64,000 nt of DNA, taken from the NCBI GenBank assembly GCA_902778325.1, contig CACYWZ010000005.1, positions 4,347 to 68,346 of the forward strand, read 5' to 3'. Origin of the DNA: an uncultured Spirochaetaceae bacterium. GTDB lineage: Bacteria; Spirochaetota; Spirochaetia; Treponematales; Treponemataceae. Below, piece after piece: positions 27,349 through 36,497 of the stretch (the stretch's first letter is position 1; each line of letters begins with the position of its first letter). Under the pieces are notes generated by a model. It did no database searches and was not told the origin of the DNA. It saw nothing but the letters and a program-made list of their open reading frames with translations. A program made the position numbers and the translations under genes.

Positions 27349-28434
27349 ATGAAGGGAAGTGCAGTAAAAACATTCGGAGTATTGACCTCTGGCGGAGACG
27401 CGCCTGGACTTAATGCGGCAATCCGCGCTGTTTGCAGGACCGCGATTTCGCAATACGGAATGAAGGCTATCGGCATTCACAACGGCTACCGCGGGCTTGT
27501 CAATCTTGACGCATCAGAGCTGACGAAAGAGGACTTGAGAGGGCTTTTGACTCAAGGCGGCACGATTCTTGGAACGTCGAGGGAAAAGCCGTTCAAAAAC
27601 ACTGAAATTAACGAAGAAACAGGGCTTACTCAAGTTGAAGCCATAAAGAAAAACTACGCGGCATTGGGGCTCGACGCTCTTGTCGTGCTGGGCGGAAACG
27701 GAACGAACACAACGGCTGGGCAACTTGCCCGAGAGGGCTTGAACGTGATTGCGCTGCCGAAAACAATCGACAACGACATCGTGAAAACTGATATGACGTT
27801 CGGCTTTCACACGGCGCTCACGGTTGCAACAGAGGCGATTGACCGCATTCACACGACGGCGCATTCTCATTCTCGCATCATGGTGATTGAGACGATGGGA
27901 CACAAAGCGGGCTGGCTAGGTCTTTATTCGGGCATTGCGGGAGGCGGGGACGTCATTCTTGTTCCCGAAATCCCGTACGATATAAACTCGATTGCGCGAA
28001 AGGTCATTCACCGAAGAGATGAGGGCTGCAAGTTTTCGATTGTTGTTGTCGCGGAGGGCGCAAAGAGCATTGAGGAAGCAAAACTCGACCGCAAAGCGTT
28101 CAAAAAAGCGCGCAAAGAAATGCACAACTCTATCGGCTACCGCGTGGCGCATGAACTTGAAGAGGCGACAGGGCTTGAAAGTCGTGTCACGGTTTTGGGC
28201 TATTTGCAACGCGGCGGGACTCCTGTGCCGTATGACCGCATTCTTGCAACGCAGTTCGGCGTTGAGGCGGCGCATTACTTGGCAGAGGGCAAATTTGGCT
28301 ATTTGACGGCATTGCAAAATAACCGCATTGTGCCGGTACCACTTTTTGATATTGCAGGTCAGACAAAAACAATTCCGCAGGATAATGAAATGCTTTTGTC
28401 TGGTCGTGAACTGGGGATTTGTTTTGGCGACTGA
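27349..28434 (+). CDS. pfkA: 6-phosphofructokinase (predicted ATP-dependent)
   Basis: TSGGDAPGLN, GGTILGTSR, GGNGT, PKTIDND and ETMGHKAGW motifs. Confidence 0.92.
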   Translation: MKGSAVKTFGVLTSGGDAPGLNAAIRAVCRTAISQYGMKAIGIHNGYRGLVNLDASELTKEDLRGLLTQGGTILGTSREKPFKNTEINEETGLTQVEAIKKNYAALGLDALVVLGGNGTNTTAGQLAREGLNVIALPKTIDNDIVKTDMTFGFHTALTVATEAIDRIHTTAHSHSRIMVIETMGHKAGWLGLYSGIAGGGDVILVPEIPYDINSIARKVIHRRDEGCKFSIVVVAEGAKSIEEAKLDRKAFKKARKEMHNSIGYRVAHELEEATGLESRVTVLGYLQRGGTPVPYDRILATQFGVEAAHYLAEGKFGYLTALQNNRIVPVPLFDIAGQTKTIPQDNEMLLSGRELGICFGD

Positions 28435-29350
28435 TAATTTTAAGTGTCATAATTGTGCTGTTTGTAACGGCAAGGGATGTCTTGGGGAACTGCCAGGAAT
28501 GGGCGGCGTCAGGGAAGGCGAAAACTTCATTCTGAACGTCGAGGGCTGGAAAACAACAAGGGAAATGCTTTCTGAGATTCCAGATTTCCCGCACGACGAG
28601 AAAATGCTCAAAGGCGGAAAAATCCCTGACGGCATTTTGCGCTTGGCGCCAATCACGGGCGCTGTCGAAAATATTGGCTTTGGCGAGGAAGTGCCGTACT
28701 ACAAGAAGATGATTGAGGCATGCTGGAAAGCGGGCTTCAAGTTGTCGATTGGAGACGGTTGTCCTGACGAAAAGCTCTTGAGCGGCATTGAGGCTGTCCG
28801 CTCTTTGCAAGAAGAAAGTCCGAACGCAAAGGCGGCTGTCTTTATCAAGCCGTATCCTGACGACAAGTTCTATGAGCGAATGGATTGGGCTGACGGTGTT
28901 GCCGAGGTCATTGGTGTTGATATTGATTCATACAATATCATCACTATGCGAAATCTTGTGCAGCTCGAAAAAAAGAGCGCTGAGCAGCTCAAAGCGATTA
29001 GAGCGCGCACAAAGCTGCCGTTCGCAATCAAGGGCATTTTCACGCAGGAAGATGTTCAGCTCGTTCGCGATGTCAAGCCAGATATCGCATATATTTCAAA
29101 CCACGGCGGACGCGTCGACACAAGGAGAGGCTCAACGGCGGAGTTTTTGCTGCAATACGAAAAGGTGCTGAAGCAAAATTGCGGCGAGCTTTGGATTGAT
29201 GGCGGAATTAGAACGATTGAAGACATAAGAACTGCGCTTTCTCTTGGTGCGTCGCAGGTTCTTATGGGACGCCCTCTAATCACGGCGCTTTGCTATAACG
29301 GTGAGGAAGGCGTGGCGAAAAAATTCAAAGAGTTCTCTGACACAAATTAA
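28424..29350 (+). CDS. FMN-dependent alpha-hydroxy-acid dehydrogenase family protein
   Basis: Cys-rich N-terminus (CHNCAVCNGKGC), KG, SNHGGR and DGGIR motifs; TTG start inferred. Confidence 0.75.
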   Translation: MATDNFKCHNCAVCNGKGCLGELPGMGGVREGENFILNVEGWKTTREMLSEIPDFPHDEKMLKGGKIPDGILRLAPITGAVENIGFGEEVPYYKKMIEACWKAGFKLSIGDGCPDEKLLSGIEAVRSLQEESPNAKAAVFIKPYPDDKFYERMDWADGVAEVIGVDIDSYNIITMRNLVQLEKKSAEQLKAIRARTKLPFAIKGIFTQEDVQLVRDVKPDIAYISNHGGRVDTRRGSTAEFLLQYEKVLKQNCGELWIDGGIRTIEDIRTALSLGASQVLMGRPLITALCYNGEEGVAKKFKEFSDTN

Positions 29351-29358
29351 AAACAAAT

Positions 29359-30636
29359 ATGAACATTGGCGAAATAATTGAAATAATTCTCCCAATAATC
29401 GCTATCGCCTGTCTTGTGGCGATAGTCGGTTTTTTTGCGTCCTCAGAGACGGCGTTTTTGTCGATTCAGCGCGTAACGGTGCGACAGCTCCTGAAAGAAA
29501 GGTCAGCCAGTCGCTCGGCAATCAAAATCGCATGGCTCAAAGACAATATGGACCGCCTTCTCACCCTCGTTTTAATCGGGATAAACTTCACGACGACGCT
29601 TGCTTCATCGATTGCGACAGCGTTCGCCACACGGCTTTCGCCAAGCGCGGGCGCAACTTATGCGACGATTATCATGTCTTTCGTGCTTATTATCGCAGGC
29701 GAGATTATCCCGAAGACGATTGCGACGAAAAAAACGGTTGCGGTTGCAAAGTGGGAAGCGCCTATTTTGATTTTTCTTGAAAAGGCACTCTTTCCTGCCG
29801 TTTGGTTTTTCTCGAAAATCTCAAGCGCAATCACGACGCTTTTTTCATCAATCCTCAAAGACAAGCGCAAAATCATAAGCGAGGAAGAGCTCAAAACGCT
29901 CATCGACGTCGGCTCTCGCGAAGGCACAATCGAGCAAAACGAGCGCTCTATGCTTCATCGCATTTTCTCGTTCTCGGACTTGCACGTTCACGATGTTTTG
30001 CGACACCGCTCATTCGTAAAATCGATAAGCGAAGATGCTTCTTACGCCGAGCTTGTGCGACTGTTTTCCGAAACGGGATACTCTTATATCCCTGTCTTCC
30101 GCGATGACAAGGAGCATATAACGGGCGTTGTGCGCTACAAATGGATTTTGTACTCGAAGCCAAAGCCAAAATCGACAGTCAAAGATTACATGCGCTCAGT
30201 CCTTTTCGTTCCCGAAAGCCTGACTGCGATAGAACTTTTGCAAAAGTTCAAGCAGGAGCGCCGAAGTTTTGCCGTCGCGCTCACGGAACACGGCTCGCTT
30301 GCAGGCGTCATCACGCTTGACGACGTAATGAGGGTCGTCATGGGTCGCGTTAACAGCGATTACGCCTCCCCATTTCTGAAGCCAGAGGAGCGCATTCAGA
30401 TTTTGTCGCAAAACGAGTTCATCGTGCCGGGCGACATGAGAATCGAAGACGTGAACGCATCTCTCAATCTGTCAATCTCCTCCGAAAACTACGACACGCT
30501 CGCGGGCTGGCTTTTGGAACGATTTGACGTTTTGCCGTCAATCGGCGAGATGCTGAAATGGAACGGCACGCTTTTCATCATTGAAGACCAAGCGCAACGG
30601 CGTATTCAGAGCGTGAGAATCCGTCTCGGAATGTGA
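29359..30636 (+). CDS. Hemolysin-family CNNM/CBS/CorC protein
   Basis: FFASSETAF, GEIIPKT, a CBS pair and a C-terminal YDTLAGW CorC domain. Confidence 0.9.
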   Translation: MNIGEIIEIILPIIAIACLVAIVGFFASSETAFLSIQRVTVRQLLKERSASRSAIKIAWLKDNMDRLLTLVLIGINFTTTLASSIATAFATRLSPSAGATYATIIMSFVLIIAGEIIPKTIATKKTVAVAKWEAPILIFLEKALFPAVWFFSKISSAITTLFSSILKDKRKIISEEELKTLIDVGSREGTIEQNERSMLHRIFSFSDLHVHDVLRHRSFVKSISEDASYAELVRLFSETGYSYIPVFRDDKEHITGVVRYKWILYSKPKPKSTVKDYMRSVLFVPESLTAIELLQKFKQERRSFAVALTEHGSLAGVITLDDVMRVVMGRVNSDYASPFLKPEERIQILSQNEFIVPGDMRIEDVNASLNLSISSENYDTLAGWLLERFDVLPSIGEMLKWNGTLFIIEDQAQRRIQSVRIRLGM

Positions 30637-30881
30637 TTAGAAACCTGTTCGGAAAAAAACAAAAGACTTATGTTGAATTAGACGATAAGTATGTAATTAT
30701 AATAAATACTCTTTCAAAAAATGGTATGCCTGTAGACGAAAATACTTGGATAAAAATTGCAGTGCGTCCTGTTGAAGTCGTGAACGGAATATCAAGTGCA
30801 TTTATAAGGTCTGTAGGTTATTTATCAGATGAAGCTGTAAAAAATGATATAAACGGAAAGTTTTTGAAAGAGATAAAATAG
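30633..30881 (+). CDS. Small AT-rich hypothetical protein (possible BECR/RelE-like RNase fold)
   Basis: GTGA overlap with the upstream stop, abrupt shift to AT-rich sequence, three beta-strand-like segments. The fold is inference only. Confidence 0.5.
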   Translation: MIRNLFGKKQKTYVELDDKYVIIINTLSKNGMPVDENTWIKIAVRPVEVVNGISSAFIRSVGYLSDEAVKNDINGKFLKEIK

Positions 30882-30953
30882 AACCATGCCAAGCAGAGGA
30901 AGCTCGCCTGAGTCCAACGGATGGTATCTTCCGACTTTGAAACATGGTTCTTG
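30876..30953 (-). ncRNA. Candidate ~75-nt hairpin small RNA convergent on the ORF at 30633
   Basis: AGAACCATG/CATGGTTCT closing stem (30880-30888, 30943-30951) and GGAAG/CTTCC inner stem, directly downstream of a - strand promoter. Confidence 0.45.
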
Positions 30954-30959
30954 AAGTCA

Positions 30960-30987
30960 AATATAGCATATTCTCGCAGAAAGTCAA
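30960..30987 (-). promoter_or_regulatory. Antisense sigma70 promoter
   Basis: TTGACT (30987-30982)-N16-TATATT (30965-30960) with extended TG. Confidence 0.6.
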
Positions 30988-31039
30988 GTCAAGAGCAACT
31001 TATAACCGCTGTTAAACCACAACAGCGGTTTTCTTTTTC

Positions 31040-31225
31040 TCCTCATGGGAGCGCTCCCAAGCACAGCTTTTTTCTTTTTCTCCTCATGGGAGCACTCCCA
31101 AGACGCGCTTTTGTTATTTTTTGCTCGTGGGAGCACTCCCACGCTCTCCTTTTTCGTTAGGGAACGCTTTTCCATTCTCCCAATAGAATCTTTTTCATTA
31201 GGGAAGGCTTTTCCGCTCTCCCATG
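31040..31225. repeat. 41-bp-period palindrome array
   Basis: TGGGAGC(G/A)CTCCCA at 31046, 31087 and 31128; a second unit type TAGGGAA...TTTTCC at 31158 and 31199. Confidence 0.85.
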
Positions 31226-31230
31226 CCCCG

Positions 31231-31282
31231 AAAACAAAAAATTCGCTCATTGAACTTCTACAACGAGCGAATTTTTTGTTTT
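31231..31282. terminator. Long bidirectional hairpin downstream of nrdG
   Basis: Perfect 18-bp arms AAAACAAAAAATTCGCTC / GAGCGAATTTTTTGTTTT. Confidence 0.75.
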
Positions 31283-31323
31283 GCGGTTTCTTTTTTGTGT
31301 GTTTGTGAAAAACAGAATGATTT

Positions 31324-31848
31324 TCAGCCGACCCAGCGCTTTTGAGTGCAAAGGATTGGCTCTGTTGTGCCGTCAAAGTCGAATCGCGCCATGCTCTTTG
31401 CGCTTTCGATAATGCGCTGATTGGAACTTCCGCGAAAACGCAAATCGAGTGTGCGTTTTTCAAGAACGAAAAGCCCGTCGACAACAATGTCGACATTTCG
31501 CAAAAGTTCAAGGCGATATGGATTTTTCTCGCTCAAGAGTTCTTCCCACGAAAAGCCTGTGTAAAGCGCGACTTCATATCCTTCGCTTTTCAAGACTTTT
31601 GCAAGGCAAGAAGCCTCTTCTGCCTGATAAACAGGGTCGCCACCAGAAAGTGTGACACCGCGACAAAGAGGACTCTTTTTTATTTTGGAAATGATTTCAT
31701 CCGCGCTCATCTCTGTTCCAGTACCGAACGCGTGGGTTTCAGGGTTATGGCAACCAGGGCATTTGTGAGCGCAGCCTTGAAAGAAGACGGTCGAGCGAAG
31801 CCCCGGACCGTCTACGATTGAATCACCTACAATTCCCGCGATATTCAT
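31324..31848 (-). CDS. nrdG: Anaerobic RNR-activating radical SAM protein
   Basis: SIVDGPGLR, CxxxCxxC (CAHKCPGC) and LRFRGSSNQR motifs; TAATG overlap with the upstream small gene. Confidence 0.93.
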   Translation of the reverse strand: MNIAGIVGDSIVDGPGLRSTVFFQGCAHKCPGCHNPETHAFGTGTEMSADEIISKIKKSPLCRGVTLSGGDPVYQAEEASCLAKVLKSEGYEVALYTGFSWEELLSEKNPYRLELLRNVDIVVDGLFVLEKRTLDLRFRGSSNQRIIESAKSMARFDFDGTTEPILCTQKRWVG

Positions 31849-32039
31849 TATGCAATGCAATGCTTTACGCGGTCTTTTTCTTCTGAACGCTTTGCGTCGT
31901 TAAATCTTTCGAGCGTTCCGACAAGATAGCCTGTAATGCGTCTTATCCTCTCAAATCCGACTCCTGCACCAAAAGATGCCACTGCCAAGCCGTCTTCCTC
32001 CTCTATTGGATAAACCTCGTGTTGCAAAAGTGCTGTCAT
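31848..32039 (-). CDS. Stand-alone glycyl-radical C-terminal segment of NrdD (63 aa)
   Basis: FERIRRITGYLVGTLERFNDAKRSEEKDRVKH is the NrdD glycyl-radical tail; own SD (gagg) and ATG. Confidence 0.85.
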   Translation of the reverse strand: MTALLQHEVYPIEEEDGLAVASFGAGVGFERIRRITGYLVGTLERFNDAKRSEEKDRVKHCIA

Positions 32040-32072
32040 AATTTGCCTCGCTTACATTTATTTTTTACTTCG

Positions 32073-34424
32073 TCAGAAGTATCTAGCCATGTTTATAGGG
32101 AACTTCTTTCTCAATTCAGAAAGTTTTGCGGCAGAAATCGCCTCTCCCTCTCGTCTTCCGCATCTCGGACACACATCGCCGATAACGCCCACATAACCAC
32201 AAACAGGATCGCGGTCAACAGGGTGATTCACGCTTCCGTAACCGATTCCTGCATCGTGCATGCAACGGATTACGCTCTCGAACGCCTCAACGTTGTTCGC
32301 TGTGTCGCCGTCAAGCTCCACATAAGTGATATGCCCGCCATTCGTCAATTCGTGATAAGGCGCTTCCTTTCGGATTTTATCATAAGCGCTAATCGGGAAA
32401 TAAACAGGGATATGAAACGAGTTCGTGTAATAATCCCTGTCCGTAACGCCTTTGATAATCCCAAAACGCTTTTTGTCCAACCGCACAAATCGTCCGCTCA
32501 AGCCCTCAGCAGGAGTTGCGATAAGCGCAAAGTTGAGCCGTCTTTTCTGGCTTTCAGCATCGAGATATTTTCGCATATGCGAAATAATCGCCAAGCCTTT
32601 TTGCTGCATCTCATCGCTCTCGCCGTGGTGATGACCGTAAAGCGAAACCAGCGTTTCCGCCAAGCCAATAAAACCAACGCTGAGGCTTCCATGCTTCAAG
32701 ACCTCACCAACAGTGTCATTAGGTCCCAAGTTCTCGCTTCCAAGCCACACGCCCTGTCCCATAAGGAAAGGATAATTGTAAACGTGCTTTGCGCTCTGAA
32801 TCTTGAAGCGGTCAAGAAGCTGGCGAACCACAAGATTAAGCATATCGTCAAGCTTCTTGTAGAACAGCGCCTCATCTCCGTTGCTTTCTATCGCCAATCT
32901 CGGCAAGTTTATCGACGTGAACGACAAATTTCCGCGTCGTGGAGCTGTTTCGTGCATTGGATCGTAAACGTTACCCATAACGCGAGTGCGACACCCCATA
33001 TACGCGATTTCTGTTTCAGGATGCCCTGCCTTGTAATACTTCAAGTTGAAAGGCGCGTCGATAAAACTAAAGTTCGGGAAAAGCCTCTTTGCGCTGACCT
33101 CACACGCACGAATGAACAAATCGTAATTCGGGTCGCCCTCGTTATAGTTCACGCCGTCTTTCACGCGGAAAATCTGAATCGGGAAAATCGGAGTCTCCCC
33201 CATTCCAAGCCCTGCGTCAGTCGCGTTGAGCATATTGCGAATGACCATTCTTCCCTCAGGACTCGTGTCCGTTCCGTAGTTCACAGAGCTGAACGGCGTT
33301 TGAGCGCCAGCGCGGGAGTGCATCGTGTTCAAGTTATGAATCAAAGCCTCCATCGCCTGATACGTTGCTCGCTCTGTTTCGCGCAATGCTTCTTTCACAG
33401 CGAACTTCTGAGCGTCCTCGATTGTCCGCTCTTCAAATCCTGCTTCCATCAACGCCTTTTTTTCGAGTGCCAAAAAGCGCTTGTCAGTCGCAATCTGTCG
33501 CTTCACACCGTTTTCCCACTCGATAAAGCGGTCTGTTTCCTTGAGAGCGTCAAGTTGCGCCGCCGAAGCATATTTTGCGCTCTTTCCGCGCCCAAGATTC
33601 TCGAACGCCGTTCTGTCAGCATCGCTTCCCATGCAAGAGCGAAGCTCAAGCGCACGGAAAAGATTTGTTGTGTAATAAGTCTTATATGATTTGGCAACAC
33701 CAGGCGCAAGCCCGCGGTCAAAATCCACAATCGCCTGTCCACCGTGCTGGTCGTTCTGGTTCGACTGAATCGCGATACAAGTCAAAGCCGCGTAACTCTG
33801 GATTGAGTTCGGCTCTCGCAAAAAGCCGTGTCCAGTCGAAAAGCCGTCTTTGAACAATGATTCAATCTCAATCTGGCAACACGTTGTCGTCAGCGCATAA
33901 AAATCAAAGTCGTGAATATGAATGTAGCCTGAGTGATACGCCTCAGCCATATCGCGAGGAAGCATATACTTCTCGTAGTAGTCCTTCGCCGCCTCGCTTC
34001 CGTACTGGAGCATTGTGCCCATCGCAGTATCGCCGTTGATATTGGCGTTATCGCGCTTCAAGTTGCTTTCGCTGCTGTCCGCTTTGGTGAGCTCATCGAA
34101 CGTGTGCATAAGCGAAGAATCCATCTCTCGAGTGTTCGTTCGCTCAAAGCGGAAAGACACATATTTTTCAAGCGCGTCGATAAAGTGCAAGTCCTTAAGC
34201 GCGTCCTTCACTGCCTGCTCAATCTGAATAACCGAAATCTCTTCGCCGCTGAAAGAGGAATCAAGACTTTCCTGAACCTTATCCGCTATCAGTTTTGAAG
34301 ACGTTGCAATCTTTGCAGGAGACAGATTTGCATCTCCCATAGCAAGAGCAACTGATTGTGCAATTTTGTCCCAACTATAAGGTGTAATTCTGCCGTCCCG
34401 TTTTTTTACTGACTTGATATTCAT
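32073..34424 (-). CDS. nrdD: Anaerobic ribonucleoside-triphosphate reductase (class III) lacking its glycyl-radical tail
   Basis: ATP cone (VKKRDGR), TTTCCQ, YMGCRT finger loop and CxxC...CxxC zinc site; no RxxGY motif before the stop. Confidence 0.93.
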   Translation of the reverse strand: MNIKSVKKRDGRITPYSWDKIAQSVALAMGDANLSPAKIATSSKLIADKVQESLDSSFSGEEISVIQIEQAVKDALKDLHFIDALEKYVSFRFERTNTREMDSSLMHTFDELTKADSSESNLKRDNANINGDTAMGTMLQYGSEAAKDYYEKYMLPRDMAEAYHSGYIHIHDFDFYALTTTCCQIEIESLFKDGFSTGHGFLREPNSIQSYAALTCIAIQSNQNDQHGGQAIVDFDRGLAPGVAKSYKTYYTTNLFRALELRSCMGSDADRTAFENLGRGKSAKYASAAQLDALKETDRFIEWENGVKRQIATDKRFLALEKKALMEAGFEERTIEDAQKFAVKEALRETERATYQAMEALIHNLNTMHSRAGAQTPFSSVNYGTDTSPEGRMVIRNMLNATDAGLGMGETPIFPIQIFRVKDGVNYNEGDPNYDLFIRACEVSAKRLFPNFSFIDAPFNLKYYKAGHPETEIAYMGCRTRVMGNVYDPMHETAPRRGNLSFTSINLPRLAIESNGDEALFYKKLDDMLNLVVRQLLDRFKIQSAKHVYNYPFLMGQGVWLGSENLGPNDTVGEVLKHGSLSVGFIGLAETLVSLYGHHHGESDEMQQKGLAIISHMRKYLDAESQKRRLNFALIATPAEGLSGRFVRLDKKRFGIIKGVTDRDYYTNSFHIPVYFPISAYDKIRKEAPYHELTNGGHITYVELDGDTANNVEAFESVIRCMHDAGIGYGSVNHPVDRDPVCGYVGVIGDVCPRCGRREGEAISAAKLSELRKKFPINMARYF

Positions 34425-34434
34425 ATCGACTTAA

Positions 34435-34489
34435 AGTATATCACGCTATATCTATGGTATGTCAAGCCAAACTACACCATTAGTATGGT
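34435..34489 (-). promoter_or_regulatory. nrdD promoter with tandem NrdR-like boxes
   Basis: TTGACA (34465-34460) and TGaTATACT; NrdR-like 16-mers ACGCTATATCTATGGT (34443) and ACACCATTAGTATGGT (34474), 31 bp apart, which is the usual NrdR spacing. Confidence 0.6.
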
Positions 34490-34682
34490 TCCTCGATAGT
34501 TATCAACATACTACACCGCGCTTTTACCGCGCTTTAGCCCTCCTTTTTTTTTTTTTATCCACACCTTTTCCCAAGAATACACAGCGCCGCAAAATCGTGA
34601 AAAACATGAAAAGAGAAAAAAGATGTGTTAGCCTAATATTAAAGCGAATGCTGCACATTCTTTTTTTTCAAGGAGGTCAACA

Positions 34683-35456
34683 ATGGAAAAGTATTTTGAT
34701 TTGACAGGTCAAGTTGCTGTCGTTACTGGTTGCTCAACGGGCTTGGGCGTGCAGATGGCGAAGGCTCTTGCAAATCAGGGCGCAAAGATTGTCGCGATTG
34801 CCCGCCGCAAAGAGAAAATCGACGCAGTTGCAAAAGAGATTAGCGACACTTACGGCGTGGAAACGCTTGCCGTTCAGTGCGACATCACAGACACAGAGCG
34901 TGTTAATGCGGCTGTTGACGAGATTGTGGCAAAGTTCGGCAGAATTGACATTCTCATAAATAATGCGGGAACTGGCGCGGTTGCTCCAGCCGAGGACATC
35001 ACAGACGAGCAGTTCAACGGAGAGCTAAACGTAGACCTTGGCGGCACGTTCAAGATGGCAAGAGCGTGCGCAAAGAAAGCGATGATTGCGGCGAAATACG
35101 GGCGCATTATCAATATCGCTTCGATGTATGGACTTGTGGGAAACAAAGTCGCGCCTTGCTCTCCTTATCACGCAGCAAAGGGCGGTGTCGTGAACCTGAC
35201 GCGCGGGCTTGCATCTGAATGGGGAAAGTACAACATCACGGTAAACGCGATTTGCCCAGGATATTTTTATTCACCGCTAACCAAAGAAACGCTAGATTCT
35301 GACTTCTTCCAGCAGAACGCAAAGACGATGATTCCGCTTTCCCGATACGGCAACGAGGGCGAGCTAGACACGGCGGCAATCTTTTTGGCAAGCAAAGCCT
35401 CAAGCTATGTTACGGGCGTAATCCTCCCAGTTGACGGCGGTTACACGAGCATGTAG
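34683..35456 (+). CDS. Short-chain dehydrogenase/reductase (gluconate 5-dehydrogenase-like)
   Basis: TGCSTGLG, NNAG and YHAAK (YxxxK) motifs. Confidence 0.88.
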   Translation: MEKYFDLTGQVAVVTGCSTGLGVQMAKALANQGAKIVAIARRKEKIDAVAKEISDTYGVETLAVQCDITDTERVNAAVDEIVAKFGRIDILINNAGTGAVAPAEDITDEQFNGELNVDLGGTFKMARACAKKAMIAAKYGRIINIASMYGLVGNKVAPCSPYHAAKGGVVNLTRGLASEWGKYNITVNAICPGYFYSPLTKETLDSDFFQQNAKTMIPLSRYGNEGELDTAAIFLASKASSYVTGVILPVDGGYTSM

Positions 35457-35564
35457 ACCTCACCACTAACCCCTCTCCTAGAAGGCGAGGGGTGCATTTT
35501 CTCCTATATTGCAAGAGATTGAAAAAACCTTGTATTATAAACTTGTGAATAAGGAGAATCAGGA

Positions 35565-35936
35565 ATGTATAAAACAAAATCTTTAGAGCCGTGCATTTTC
35601 TTTTTAATTCTCACAATATTCTTTTTTGCGGGAAGCGTGTTTTTGTTTATCGAGCCGATTATCACACATTCTGTTAATGCAGATAGCGTGGGAAACGTTA
35701 TGGGGTCGATGCTCGCTTTTATTGTGATGCTGAGTCTTTGCCTTTCTTGCGCTTTTCGAAGCGACGTTGAGATAAAAAACGATATTCTCACTTGCACAAA
35801 TCCCGTCGGCGCAGAAACTTTCACTCTGGCGTTCACCCCGGAAAACCGTGCCTTGATTGTGGACATTCTCAAAAGATGCAAATTCACAGAAACCGATGTC
35901 AGCGAGATTGAGTCGCAAGTAACTATGTGGGGATAA
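35565..35936 (+). CDS. Hypothetical membrane protein
   Basis: SD aggaga; two TM segments. Confidence 0.6.
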   Translation: MYKTKSLEPCIFFLILTIFFFAGSVFLFIEPIITHSVNADSVGNVMGSMLAFIVMLSLCLSCAFRSDVEIKNDILTCTNPVGAETFTLAFTPENRALIVDILKRCKFTETDVSEIESQVTMWG

Positions 35937-35945
35937 TTTGAGGCT

Positions 35946-36215
35946 ATGAGCGAACGACAAATCTTTGTGGCAAAAAATCGCTTCGGAAATAAAATCAGGC
36001 TTCTCATCACCTGCATTCTCATTTTTTTGTACGGACTCTTTTTTATGGCTCTTTGCATAAGAAACGAGGCATTCAGGGCGTTTTCAAAAAGATTTATCGA
36101 GATGCTCAAAAACAGGGAACTCGGCGAGGCTCTTTTTATTGTTTTGTTTTTTATGCTGCCGACTTATCTGATAATTTGGGGTTTTGGCAAAATCGCAGAA
36201 AAGCTAAAGCTATAA
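35946..36215 (+). CDS. Hypothetical small membrane protein
   Basis: SD gagg; two TM segments. Confidence 0.55.
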   Translation: MSERQIFVAKNRFGNKIRLLITCILIFLYGLFFMALCIRNEAFRAFSKRFIEMLKNRELGEALFIVLFFMLPTYLIIWGFGKIAEKLKL

Positions 36216-36383
36216 TTTTCGCGCTCGGAAAAAAGACCACGAGAGCAAAACAAGTAAATCCAAAGAAAGCACAAATTGACACAAAGCGAAAATGAGCGAA
36301 GAGCAAAAAAGTCAAAATGTCCAAAGCAAAAAATTGCTTGATTTGTTTGAAAATAAGAACTACAATTCGGTCAACTCAACTCT

Positions 36384-36497
36384 TTTCTTAAAAAATCAAA
36401 ACTGATTTTTTAAGAAATCGTCTGAAGTGATACCGTGGAAGTTTTGACACGGTAAAAAACAAGCTAAGTCGTTTACGGCAGTTTTGACTCGCCGTAA
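36384..36497 (+). other. Three-hairpin structured leader upstream of the DUF6261-like gene
   Basis: A perfect 15-bp stem and two 7-bp stems; each loop region carries AGTTTTGA or its reverse complement. Confidence 0.6.

Noticed and set aside
30984-31511. ORFs over the 31040 array (also 42564-42950 and 3654-3863)
   Set aside because: Low-complexity translations of the repeat regions.
32040-32075. Sequencing error or stop-codon readthrough joining nrdD to the small ORF
   Set aside because: Three in-frame stops and a separate SD lie in the gap.
34544-34556. T13 run upstream of the SDR gene as a phase-variation tract
   Set aside because: I could not place it between promoter boxes, and long T/A runs are common in this window.
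36216-36350. Possible weak repeat (CAAAGC/GAGCAAAA) before the DUF6261 leader
   Set aside because: Spacing is inconsistent; explained by A-rich composition.
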